DNA of 64,000 bases, taken from assembly GCA_038087875.1 (NCBI GenBank), contig CM075996.1, forward strand, positions 3,164,001-3,228,000, written 5' to 3'. Source of the stretch: Malacoraja senta. Its lineage: Eukaryota. Positions 9,901 to 18,178 of the stretch are shown in pieces. The notes under the pieces were generated by a model. It worked only from the letters and a program-made list of their open reading frames with translations, did not search any database and was not told the origin of the DNA. The translations under genes and the position numbers were made by a program. Position 1 is the first letter of the stretch; every line of letters starts with the position of its first letter.

Positions 9901-12900
9901 CTGCACCGCCATTTGATATGATCATGGCTGATCATCCAACTCAGTATCCCATCCCTGCCTTCTCTCCATACCCCCTGATCCCTTTAGCCACAAGGGCCAC
10001 ATCTAACTCCCTCTTAAATATAGCCAATGAACTGGCCTCAACTACCTTATCTAGCACTTTACAAATAATCAACGTGCTGTCAATAAAACACCTTACATAG
10101 GGAGAGATATATTCTTATTAACACTGGAATATACTTACTTTCCAATCTTTCCCACTCCTCTGTAACCTGAACGGCTGCACTAGTATTAGCTGAAGATCAG
10201 AGTGAACACGTTATGAATGTTTTCAGCCAAGGTTCTTTAGTTAGAATGGGCAGTACCTGGGAAGATGTTACATCGCAGGGGAAAGCCGATTTGTTCATAC
10301 ATGTTTGCCTCATCAATGATGTTCTTTGGTGCCTCCACTGTGGTGTCATTGGCATCCAACGTTCCTGCAGGACGTTCTTTGTTTAACAAGAACTCCTTAA
10401 CCTTCAAGGGAACAGCAATAAAACGCAGGTCAGGGTGGACACAGTCCAAACAGCATTCCCTCCGCTTTGTTTAATAAGGGGTGAGACCACATGGATGTCA
10501 TCTGATTCTGGTCGCTTACCAGAACTCTGGTGGAGATGTAATGCTGAGGCTCTATAAGGCGCTGGTCAGGCCACATTTGGAGTATTGTGAGCAATTTTGG
10601 GCACCAAATCTGAGGAAGGACGTGCTGGCCCTGGAGAGGGTCCCAGAGGAGAGGAGGTCCAAGAATGATCCTAGGAATGAGTGGGTTCACTTATGAGCAT
10701 TTGATGGCACTGGGCCTGTACTTGCTGGAGATTAGAAGAATGAGGGGGGACCTCATTGAAATGTACTGAATAGTGAAAGGCTTGGATAGAGTGGATGTGG
10801 AGAGGATGTTTTACACTCGTGGGGGAGTCTAAGACTAATAATAATAATAATAATAATAATAATGGATGGGATTTATATAGCGCCTTTCTAATACTCAAGG
10901 CGCTTTACATCGCATTATTCATTCACTCCTCAGTCACACTCGGTGGTGGTGAGCTACTTCTGTAGCCACAGCTGCCCTGGGGCAGACTGACGGAAGCGTG
11001 GCTGCTAATCTGCACCTACGGCCACTCCGACCACCACCAATCACTCACAAACATTCACGCACATTCACACGCACGGTCACAGGGAGAACATACAAACTCC
11101 ACCAATCACTCACACACAAGACTAGAGGCCATAGCCTCAGAATTAATGAACATTCCTTTAGGCAGGAGATGAGAAGGAATTTATTTAGTCAGCGGGTGGT
11201 GAATCTGTGGAATTCTTTGCCACAGAAGGCTGTGGAGGCCAAGTTAATGGATATTTTTAAGGTGGAGGTAGATAGATTCTTGATTAGTACTGGTGTCAGG
11301 GGCTATGGGGAGAAGGAAGGAGAATGGAGTTAGGAGGGAGAGATAAATCAGCCATGATTGAATGGCAGAGTAGACTTGATGGGCCGAATGGCCTAATTCT
11401 GCTCCTATTACTTATGATCTTGTGTAACAATATTCACATATTGAGCATATGTGGTTAATATTTAGTTTGTATTTAGTGTTTAGTATTATTTAATGTAAAG
11501 ATGGGTTTCGACCCTAAACATCACCCATTCCTTCTCTCCAAAGATGCTGCCTGTCCCACTGAGTTACTGCAGCATTTTGTGTCTATCTTCGGTGTTAACC
11601 AGCAACTGCAGCTCCTTCCTACATATTGTTTAATTTAGTTTAGTTTAAATATATACTAAAGGGAAAGCAGACCTTTCGGCCCACCAAGTCCACGCCGACC
11701 ATAGATCACCTATGTTCTATCTTATCCCACTTTGTCCTCCCACATTCCAGGGGCAATTTACAGAGGCCAATTAACCTACAAACCTGCATGTCTTTGGAGT
11801 GTGGGAGGGAACCGGAGCACCCGGAGAAAACCCACATGGTCACAGGGAGAACATACAAACTCCACACACAGACAGCACCCGTGGTCAGGATCAAACCCGG
11901 GTCTCTGTGGCGCTGTGCCTGTCCCACTTTCACGACCTAATTCACGACCTTTTTTTACTCGTGGGCATTTTTCATCATGTTGAAAAAACGCCCCGACCTA
12001 CTTGTTGCCACGAGCGCCTACGACCAGCATAGCGTCCTGCTATGACCTGCCTACGACCTCCTACGGCCTCATGACGACCATGCTGCGAGTATGAGTCAGG
12101 GGCAAACTCGGCAGAGGTCGTGGATTAGGTCGTGAAAGTGGGACAGGCCCACTGTACCGCTGTTGGTCTCTGGCCCTACACTCCCCCGCTGGTGGAAACA
12201 TCCTCTCCACGTCCACGTCAGCTAAACAAGTAGAGAAGTGAGATCCAGTTGTGGTCTTTTCACTAACCTTCTCGTCCGACAGGACCTCGTTCACAACGTG
12301 GGTCCTGAACTTGTGCTCGATGTTTCTTGGGATGAGACATTGCTGGTCCCGAGAGGGCGGCCTGTCTGGGGTCTCGCACATGGGCGATCGGGAGCCGGGC
12401 TTCTCTCCCTGCATGGACGTCGCGCTGCCCTCGAGGCTTCTGACAGGGCTGACGGTCTGCGATTTGGGCGACTTCTTCGGGGGGGAAGGGGAAGCCCCTT
12501 CCTTGGCCAAGCCGCCGCACGGGGTGGCGGTCCCGTCCCTGGGATCGGCAGAGCCCGCCTTCGAGCTTGAGCTCCTCACAGAGTCGTGGCACAGTCGGCC
12601 AGGCTTGGGGGTATGGACTGGCCGCGTCCTGCAGTCTCTCTCTGTCCCTTGCACCAACGGAGACTCGGGTTGACAACGACACTCGGACGCATCTGGACTG
12701 TGTCCCTCTGGTACGTCTGCAAGGCAGAGTTGAAATAATTTAGGGTCCAAGTTGCACATTCGGTCACTCAATTTCCACTGAATGTTGATAACATAGTTCT
12801 AGTTCCAGTGATACAGTGTGGAAACAGGTCCTTCAGCCCACCGAGTCCGCGCCGACCAACATCACCCATACACTAGTTCTATCCGACACACTAGGGTCTT

Positions 12901-15900
12901 TTAAATGCCGTTGTAGTACCAGCCTCAATTCTCTCTTCTCGCAGCTCTTTCCATATACCCACCAGCCTCTGATTGACATAATTGCCCCTCAGGTTCCTGT
13001 TAAATCTTCCTCCCGTTCACCTTAACCCTTTGCGTTTGTACGTTCTCCCTGTGACCTGCGTGGGATTTGTCCGGGTGCTCTGGTTTTCTTCCCACACTCC
13101 AAAGACGTGCAGGTTTGTTGGTTAATTGGCTCAGGTAAAAATGGTATATTGTCCCTAGTGTGTGCAGGATGGTGTTAGTGTGTCAAGGACGAGTCGCACC
13201 CTGGCCACTCCCTCTTCTCTTCTCTCCCATCGGGCAAAAGGTACAGAAGTGTGAAAACGCACACCTCCAGATTCGGGGACAGTTTCTTCCCAGCTGTTAT
13301 CAGGCAACTGAACCATCCTACCACAACCAGAGAGCGGTGCTGAACTACTACAGTGTCTCTACCTCTTTGATGACCCTCGGACTGTCATATGCCGAGATAA
13401 TGGAGCGGCTGGGCTTGTACACTCTGGAGTTCAGAAGGATGAGAGGACATCTTATTGAAACATATAAGATTGTTAAGGGCTTGGACACGCTAGAGGCAGG
13501 AAACATGTTCCCGATGTTGGGGGAGTCCAGAACCAGGGGCCACAGTTTAAGAATAAGGGGTAAGCCATTTAGAACGGAGACGAGGAAACGCTTTTTCTCA
13601 CAGAGAGTGGTGAGTCTGTGGAATTCTCTGCCTCAGAGGGCGGTGGAGGCGGGTTCTCTGGATACTTTCAAGGGAGAGCTAGATAGGGCTCTTAAAAATA
13701 GCGGAGTCAGGGAATATGGGGAGCAGGCAGGAACGGGGTACTGATTGGGGATGATCAGCGATGATCACATTGAATGGCGGTGCTGGCTCGAAGGGCCGAA
13801 TGGCCTACTCCTGCACCTATTGTCTGTTGTCTATTGTCTATTGTCTATCATTGATCGGACTTTGCTGGCTTTACCTCGCACTAAATGTTATTCCCTTATC
13901 ATGCATCTATACACTAAAAATGGATCGATTGTAATCACGTATTGTCTTTTCTGCTGACTGGTTAGCACATAACAAAAGCTTTTCACTGTACCTCGGTAAA
14001 CTAATCTGAACTGTACGGGGACCGGAGGTCGGCGCGAACTCGGTGGGCCGAGGGGCCCGTTTCCGTGCTGTATCTAAACTAAACTAACTGTACCAGCTGC
14101 ACCACTGTTGTTGCCACATCCTCTGGGAATAAAATGTCCGGTTATGCAGCCTCTTACCTTTGTCCAAACCTTGACTGTCCAACGTCGTGCCAAAGAGGCT
14201 TCGGCCTGGGAAACTGCTAGCTGCTACCACTTTAGTTTTCATCAGTTTCTCTGGTAAAAAAAAATATATTTTTAAGACAAACTATTCTACAGTTGATTTT
14301 GCAGATGCTGGTTTACACTGAAGAAAGACACAACATGCTGGAGTAACTCAGCGGGCCAGGCTGAAGTTGATGCCTGTAGAATAAATGTCTTAACTAAAAT
14401 GGTGAGCCTACTTATATGCCTCATATCTTTAATGTCTGTACTGCCTCAGTGTAATCTACTAATCTTACACTCATGCTCAAGTATAATTGTGCCTCTGTGC
14501 AGTAAGGTTTTTACTGAACCGTATGCATTAAAATGAATTTCACCATTCGATGTAACAATAAACTGCCATTGATAAAGTACCATTGACGGCGGCGCGGTGG
14601 CGCAGCGGTATCGTTGCTAACAGACAGCGCCAGAGACACGAGTTCGACCCTGACTATGGGTACTGTCTATACGGAGTGTGTCCGTTCTCCCTGTAAGCGC
14701 GTGGGTTTTCTCCGGGTGTTCCCGTTTCCTCCCACACTCCAAAAACATACCGGTTTGTAGGTTAATTGGCTTCAGTAAAGATTGTAAGTTGTCCCTAATG
14801 TGTAGGATAGTGTTAGCGTGCGGGGATCGCTGGCTGGCACGGACTTGTTGGGCCGAAGGGCCTGTTTCCACACTGCATCTCCAAATGAAACTAAACTAAG
14901 TACCATTGATTGCATTGTATCCAAGATCAGTCCTTCAATAAAGGGAAGATAGACAGAAAAAACTGTAGTAGTTCAGCGGGTCAGACAGCATCTCTGGAGA
15001 GAAGGAATGGGAAAATAATCCCCTTTCTCTAGAGATGCTGTCTGGCCCGCGGAGTTACTCCAGCATGTTGTGTCTATCTTCGGTTTAAACCAGCATTTAC
15101 ATATCTTGAACATAGGGCTTTACCGCCCTTGTTGTATGTTGTTTAAATGAGCAAGCACTCCAGTAATGTACATCTGATTCTGTTCCCACTCCCTCTGATC
15201 ATCATGATATGCTTTGGTTAGGGACTAACAAGGGTAGGACATAGACAATCACTGGTAAGGAGTGCTTGTACACTCTGGAGTTTGGAAGGATGAGAGGGAA
15301 TCTTATTGAAACATATAAAATTGTTAAGGGTTTGGACACGCTAGAGGCAGGAAACATGTTCCCGATGTTGGGGGAGTCCAGAACCAGGGGCCACAGTTTA
15401 AGAATAAGGAGTAAGCCATTTAGAACGGAGACGAGGAAACACCTTTTCACACAGAGAGTGGTGAGTCTGTGGAATTCTCTGCCTCAGAGAGCGGTGGAGG
15501 CCGGTTTCCCTGGATGCTTTCAAGAGAGAGCTAGATAGGGCTTTTAAAGATAGCGGAGTCAGGGGATATGGGGAGAAGGCAGGAACGGGGTACTGATTGG
15601 GGATGATCAGCCATGATCACATTGAATGGCGGTGCTGGCTCGAAGGGCCGAATGGCCTACTCCTGCATCTATTGTCTATTGACCCAGGGAGTATTGATGA
15701 ACAGAAGGACACGGGTACAACGTCCAAGGACCTCAGGATCGGGACCCTTCTTCAGTCTGGAAGTAGGAGGTGGGAGGAGGGGGGATGTGAAGAGCTGAGG
15801 CGAGACAAGACCAGGAGAAATCAGAGCAGGCCGCGAATGACCGCGGGCATGGCATTGCCCTGGAGGGGTTGTCTAGTTGGCTAGGGCAGGTGTGATCTCA

Positions 15901-16965
15901 AAGAACAAAACAACAGAACAAAACGTCAGTCTGAAAAAGGGTTTCGGCCCGAAACGTTGCCTATTTCCTTCGCTCCATAGATGCTGCTGCACCCGCTGAG
16001 TTTCTCCAGCATTTTTGTCTACCTTCGATTTTCCAGCATTTGCAGTTCCTTCTTAAACAGAACTGTGGAACTGGTAAAACGACTAGGGTGGAGGAAGGGG
16101 TCACCAGGATGTTGCCCTCTGATGTTACAATCTGACGAGTTGTGTTTTTTCTCTTTTCAACAGGGTCTAAAGTTGTTCTGCGTTAGTGGTATTGGACCGA
16201 GGGAGATGCATAATTAGCCAGGACGTGGGGGATACATTCTTGCTCTGCCGGACAATAGTGTGAGGGAGTTTTTACGTTAACCCAAGCGTGCAGATGAGAC
16301 CTCGGCGTCATATTTTAAGAAGCTATTTCCAAAGCTGTAACACTCCATCTGTACCGCCCGGTAGGATCAGTTTGTCGCCAAGAGGGTCTTAAACTCTCTG
16401 ACTGAGAACCGACACACCGTCATCAACGTGTGTACGAAGGGACTGCAGATGCTGGTTTTGCTGAAGGTCGCCACAAAATGCCGGATAAAACTCAGCGGGT
16501 CGGGCAGCATCCCTGTAGAAAAGGAATAGGTGAGATTTCGGGTCGAGACCCTTCTTCAGACCCTTATCTGAATCTGATCCGCGTCTGAAGAAGGGTTATC
16601 CAGAAACGTTATCTATTCCTTCTCTCCAGAGATGCTGCCTAACCTGAGTTACTCCAGCATTCTGTGTCTATCTTGGGTGTCATCAACGTGTCGCGGCTTA
16701 ACAAAGGGAGCTCCGAATCAAGAAATGAAAATGTTGTTACCTGCCAGTTTCACGACTTCGGAGACTGCAAAAGAAAGAGCGGACAGCGGTTAGATCATTG
16801 ACTTTCAGTTGTTTTAATCGCATTTAAGCGACTTTGAGTCCTGAAAAGCGCTATATAAATAAAATCTCTTATTATTATTATTTCATTTTTTATTTTTTGT
16901 TGTAGATTCGTGGTTTTGGAGAATAACTGACCTTGGAACTGAGGGCACTCGGTGGCTGGGTCCAT
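3387..16965 (-). CDS. TEX33: TEX33/CIMIP4-like ciliary/testis protein, spliced CDS join(16965-16932,16764-16741,14250-14158,12716-12268,10401-10257,10166-10139,5504-5395,3466-3387), about 320 aa
   Basis: Phase-compatible GT-AG exons. The C-terminal motifs IPRNIEHKF..VVNEVLSDEK, YEQIGFPLRCNIFPG, KS...STYTKEV, HWHGRTSDDL and SHW..NVIHQRVKKAL match my recollection of the conserved TEX33 C-terminus (NIRHKFG..., LGYNMRSNLF.G, HWHGRKTDDLGRW). The N-terminal exons and the 28-nt exon are less certain. Confidence 0.8.
3739..4948 (+). repeat. Compound satellite (G)nTGGTTAG(TG)n, about 1.2 kb
   Basis: Dozens of variable-length units with a nearly invariant GGTTAG core. Confidence 0.95.
4950..5275 (+). 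mobile_element. Rex1/Babar-type LINE 3' fragment
   Basis: TTRFRDSFFPAVIRQLN C-terminal motif; tail ACTGTACCTCGGTACAC..CAATAAACT, seen repeatedly in the window. Confidence 0.65.
5395..5504 (-). CDS. TEX33: TEX33-like 110-nt exon (..LKSEAHSTYTKEVFERYRRDPKHWHGRTSDDL)
   Basis: CTGAC branch motif, CCAG acceptor, GTACGG donor; HWHGR.xDDL motif. Confidence 0.85.
5583..6075 (-). mobile_element. CR1 3' fragment (different subfamily) hosting the telomeric-repeat element
   Basis: ORF 5857..6087 contains RGNFFTQRVVGVWNKLP; (CTATGACT)-type tail. Confidence 0.85.
5663..5802. mobile_element. 140-bp non-autonomous TIR element carrying (CCCTAA)n
   Basis: Imperfect TIRs CGG...TTCGGC..CGCCGTTTCGG; TSD CCCATCTA(C) at 5655-5662 and 5803-5810; about 5 telomeric repeats at 5728-5760. 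Confidence 0.75.
6283..6518. repeat. Degenerate ~21-24-bp minisatellite (ATACCTGCTGGTTTTAAGGTCA-like), resuming at 9715-9840
   Basis: Repeated CTGCTGGTTTTAA units on both sides of the CR1 insertion. Confidence 0.75.
6521..9700 (-). mobile_element. CR1-clade LINE (HER1-like), 5'-truncated, with uninterrupted ORF2
   Basis: ORF 6620..9460, 3'UTR stem-loop region and (TATGTATC/TATGTTTC)n tail at about 6521-6545; no ORF1 visible. Confidence 0.95.
6620..9460 (-). CDS. CR1 ORF2: APE endonuclease + reverse transcriptase (946 codons, no in-frame ATG before the endonuclease)
   Basis: Motifs NARSI, GITETW, GDFN and SDH (APE); YRPVSL, QHGF, DFQKAFD, GVPQGSVLGP and FADD (RT); CR1-type C-terminus RRLRGDLIE...NFFTQRVVNLWNSLP. 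Confidence 0.95.
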   Translation of the reverse strand: MYKGKSVVKTSLKALCLNARSIRNKVDELNVQIAINDYDIVGITETWLQGDQGWELNIQGYSIFRRDREKGKGGGVALLVREEINAVERKDISLEDVESVWVELRNTKGQKTLVGVVYRPPSSSSEVGDGIKQEIRNACNKGKTVIMGDFNLHIDWVNQIGRGAEEEDFLECMRDSYLNQHVEEPTREQAILDWVLSNEEGLVSRLVVRAPLGKSDHNMVEFFIRMESDIVNSETTVLNLKKGNFEGMRRELAKIDWQLVLKGLTVDMQWKAFKDCMDELQKLFIPVWQKNKSRKVVHPWITREIRDSIKAKDDAYKLARKSSIPEDWEKFRDQQRRTKGLIRKGKIDYERKLAGNIKTDCKSFYRYVKRKRLVKSNIGPLQSETGELIMGNKDMADQLNNYFGSVFTKEDINNLPEIAGGRGSKEMEELSEIQVSREVVLGKLNGLKADKSPGPDRLHPRVLKEVAPEIVDALVIIFQNSLDSGVVPEDWRVANVTPLFKKGGREKTGNYRPVSLTSVVGKLLESVIKDGIAAHLESGEIIGQSQHGFTKGKSCLTNLIEFFEDVTSRVDRGEPVDVLYLDFQKAFDKVPHKRLGYKLKSHGIGGSVLMWIENWLANRKQRVGVNGSFSQWQAVTSGVPQGSVLGPQLFTIYINDLDEGIESNISKFADDTKLGGSVSCEEDARRLQGDLDRLGEWANVWQMQYNVDKCEVIHFGSKNGKADYYLNGGRLGNGEMQRDLGVMVHQSLKVGMQVQQAVKKANGMLAFIARGFEYRSREVLLQLYRVLVRPHLEYCVQFWSPNLRKDIIAIEGVQRRFTRLIPGMSGLSYEERLDRLGLYSLEFRRLRGDLIETYKILMGLDRLDAGRLFPMLGKSRTRGHSLRIRGKSFKTEMRKNFFTQRVVNLWNSLPQRVVEASSLAIFKRELDVALVAKGIRGYGEKAGMGY
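10139..10166 (-). CDS. TEX33: Candidate 28-nt frame-restoring micro-exon (GYRGVGKIGK)
   Basis: TTCAG acceptor (weak pyrimidine tract), strong AA|GTAAGTA donor; phase 1/2 exactly bridges the neighbouring exons. Confidence 0.4.
10257..10401 (-). CDS. TEX33: TEX33-like 145-nt exon (VKEFLL...YEQIGFPLRCNIFP)
   Basis: Branch-like CTGAC, pyrimidine tract and AAG acceptor; CAG|GTACTG donor; phase 0/1. Confidence 0.85.
10838..11117 (-). mobile_element. L2-tailed SINE fragment with (ATT)n tail, inserted in a CR1 fragment
   Basis: Minus strand ends TGTAAAGCGCCTTGAG...AAAGGCGCTATATAAAT...(ATT)n; TSD AAGACTA at 10831-10837 and 11118-11124. Confidence 0.75.
11917..12150. mobile_element. MITE with GCCTGTCCCACTT termini, inserted into an HE1-type SINE head
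   Basis: About 35-bp inverted arms GCCTGTCCCACTTTCACGACCTAAT.CACGACC; internal ACGACC repeats. Confidence 0.75.
12268..12716 (-). CDS. TEX33: TEX33-like 449-nt exon (Pro/Ser-rich region through IPRNIEHKF...LSDEK)
   Basis: Inside ORF 12061..12771(-); TTGCAG acceptor, AAG|GTTAGT donor; phase 1/0. Confidence 0.85.
13385..13848 (+). mobile_element. CR1 3' fragment nested in a Rex1/Babar fragment (13200-14010)
   Basis: ERLGLYTLEFRRMRG...; (CTATTGT)n tail; host sequence resumes after the tail. Confidence 0.85.
14158..14250 (-). CDS. TEX33: TEX33-like 93-nt exon (EKLMKTKVVAASSFPGRSLFGTTLDSQGLDK)
   Basis: Poly-T/ACCAG acceptor, donor AAG|GTAAGA, phase 1/1, open. Confidence 0.7.
14587..14900 (+). 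mobile_element. HE1-type V-SINE
   Basis: A/B-box head GGTGGCGCAGCGG...GTTCGACCC, V-domain, tail. Confidence 0.8.
15263..15680 (+). mobile_element. CR1 3' fragment
   Basis: Near copy of 13412-13830. Confidence 0.85.
16741..16764 (-). CDS. TEX33: TEX33-like 24-nt exon (VSEVVKLA)
   Basis: Strong acceptor TCTTTCTTTTGCAG, donor CAG|GTAACA, phase 1/1, open only in the expected frame context. Confidence 0.6.
16932..16965 (-). CDS. TEX33: TEX33-like putative first coding exon (MDPATECPQFQ)
   Basis: ATG at 16965, donor AAG|GTCAGT, phase 1; lies in GC-rich unique sequence downstream of the X-box. Confidence 0.55.
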
Positions 16966-17179
16966 TTCGAGAGCTGGGTGAAGGAACTGCGGCCGGTCCT
17001 GTCTCTAGCTGGCGTGTGATCAGAGGTTGGGCGAGGGAACTCCGGCAGCTCGAGTGTGGCAGCGGTTCGCGTTTGTTACATTTGTCAAGTGGTTACATCG
17101 TCAAGTCAGGAGGTTCACTACATTCCCTCCGCCAACCGACGCCCAGGTAGCCGGGCCCATGACAGAGAAAGCAACGCCA

Positions 17180-17193
17180 GTTGCCGCGGCAAC
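17180..17193. promoter_or_regulatory. RFX X-box (GTTGCCGCGGCAAC)
   Basis: Perfect 14-bp palindrome matching the GTTGCCNNGGCAAC consensus, about 215 bp upstream of the TEX33-like ATG; extra AGCAAC half-site at 17170-17175. Confidence 0.7.
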
Positions 17194-17777
17194 CGAGGTA
17201 AACACTCCGAGTGTAATAACAAGGAACTGCAGGTGCTGGTTTATACCAAAGAAAGACACAAAGTGCTGGAGCAACTCAGCGGGTCAGGCAGCATCTCTAG
17301 AGATAAAGAAACAGGAGATGTTTCGCCTCGGCACCCTTCTTCAGACTGACAAACATCCCACGTGTAAGATGGATATCACGGGCTCCACCCTCCCTTGGTC
17401 ATTTTATTGCCAGCCCTGCTTTGTTCCGGCCTTTTCCTGTCTCAAGTTCCATCCCCACCACTCTTTATTTTCAGTCTGAAGAAGGGTCTCGACCCGAAAT
17501 GTCGCCCCATCCTTTTCTCCAGAGTTGCTACCTGACCCGCTGAGTCTATCTTCGGTTTAAACCAGCAGCTGCAGTCCCATCCTACACATCAAGTCCTTGG
17601 CAGGCCCTTGCCTCTAAACACCAACATTGAAAGGGGGTAGATAGCACCAAAGATACTATAGTATCTTTGGATAACACTGAGCATTACTGCTTCAAATCTA
17701 CTACGTGTCACCTAACGATAGCGGTAAGATTCAGTGTCTCGGATCAACAGTCCACTATCCTGCGACAATATCTTTGC

Positions 17778-18178
17778 CATGAGGGGGGATCTTATAGAAA
17801 CATATAACATTATAAAAGGACTGGACAAGCTAGATGCAGGAAAAATGTTCCCAATGTTGGGTGAGTCCAGAACCAGGTGCCACAGTCTTAGAATAAAGGG
17901 GAGGTCATTTAAGACTGAGGTGAGAAAAAACGTTTTCTCCCAGAGAGTTGTGAATTTGTGGAATTCCCTGCCACAGAGGGCAGTGGAGGCCAAGTCACTG
18001 GATGGATTTAAGAGAGAGTTAGATAGAGCTCTAGGGGCTGGTGGAATCAAGGGATATGGGGAGAAGGCAGGCACGGGTTATTGAAAGGAGACGATCAGCC
18101 ATGATCACAATAAATGGCGGTGCTGGCTCGAAGGGCCGAATGGCCTCCTCCTGCACCTATTTTCTATGTTTCTATGTC
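17778..18178 (+). mobile_element. CR1 3' fragment
   Basis: MRGDLIETY...GYGEKAGTGY; (TTTCTATG)n tail. Confidence 0.85.

Noticed and set aside
11930..12130. Short ACGACC repeats resembling a CRISPR-like array
   Set aside because: Irregular internal repeats of a MITE in a vertebrate genome; no constant repeat-spacer period.
14587..14660. tRNA-like A/B boxes
   Set aside because: Head of an HE1-type SINE; no complete cloverleaf.
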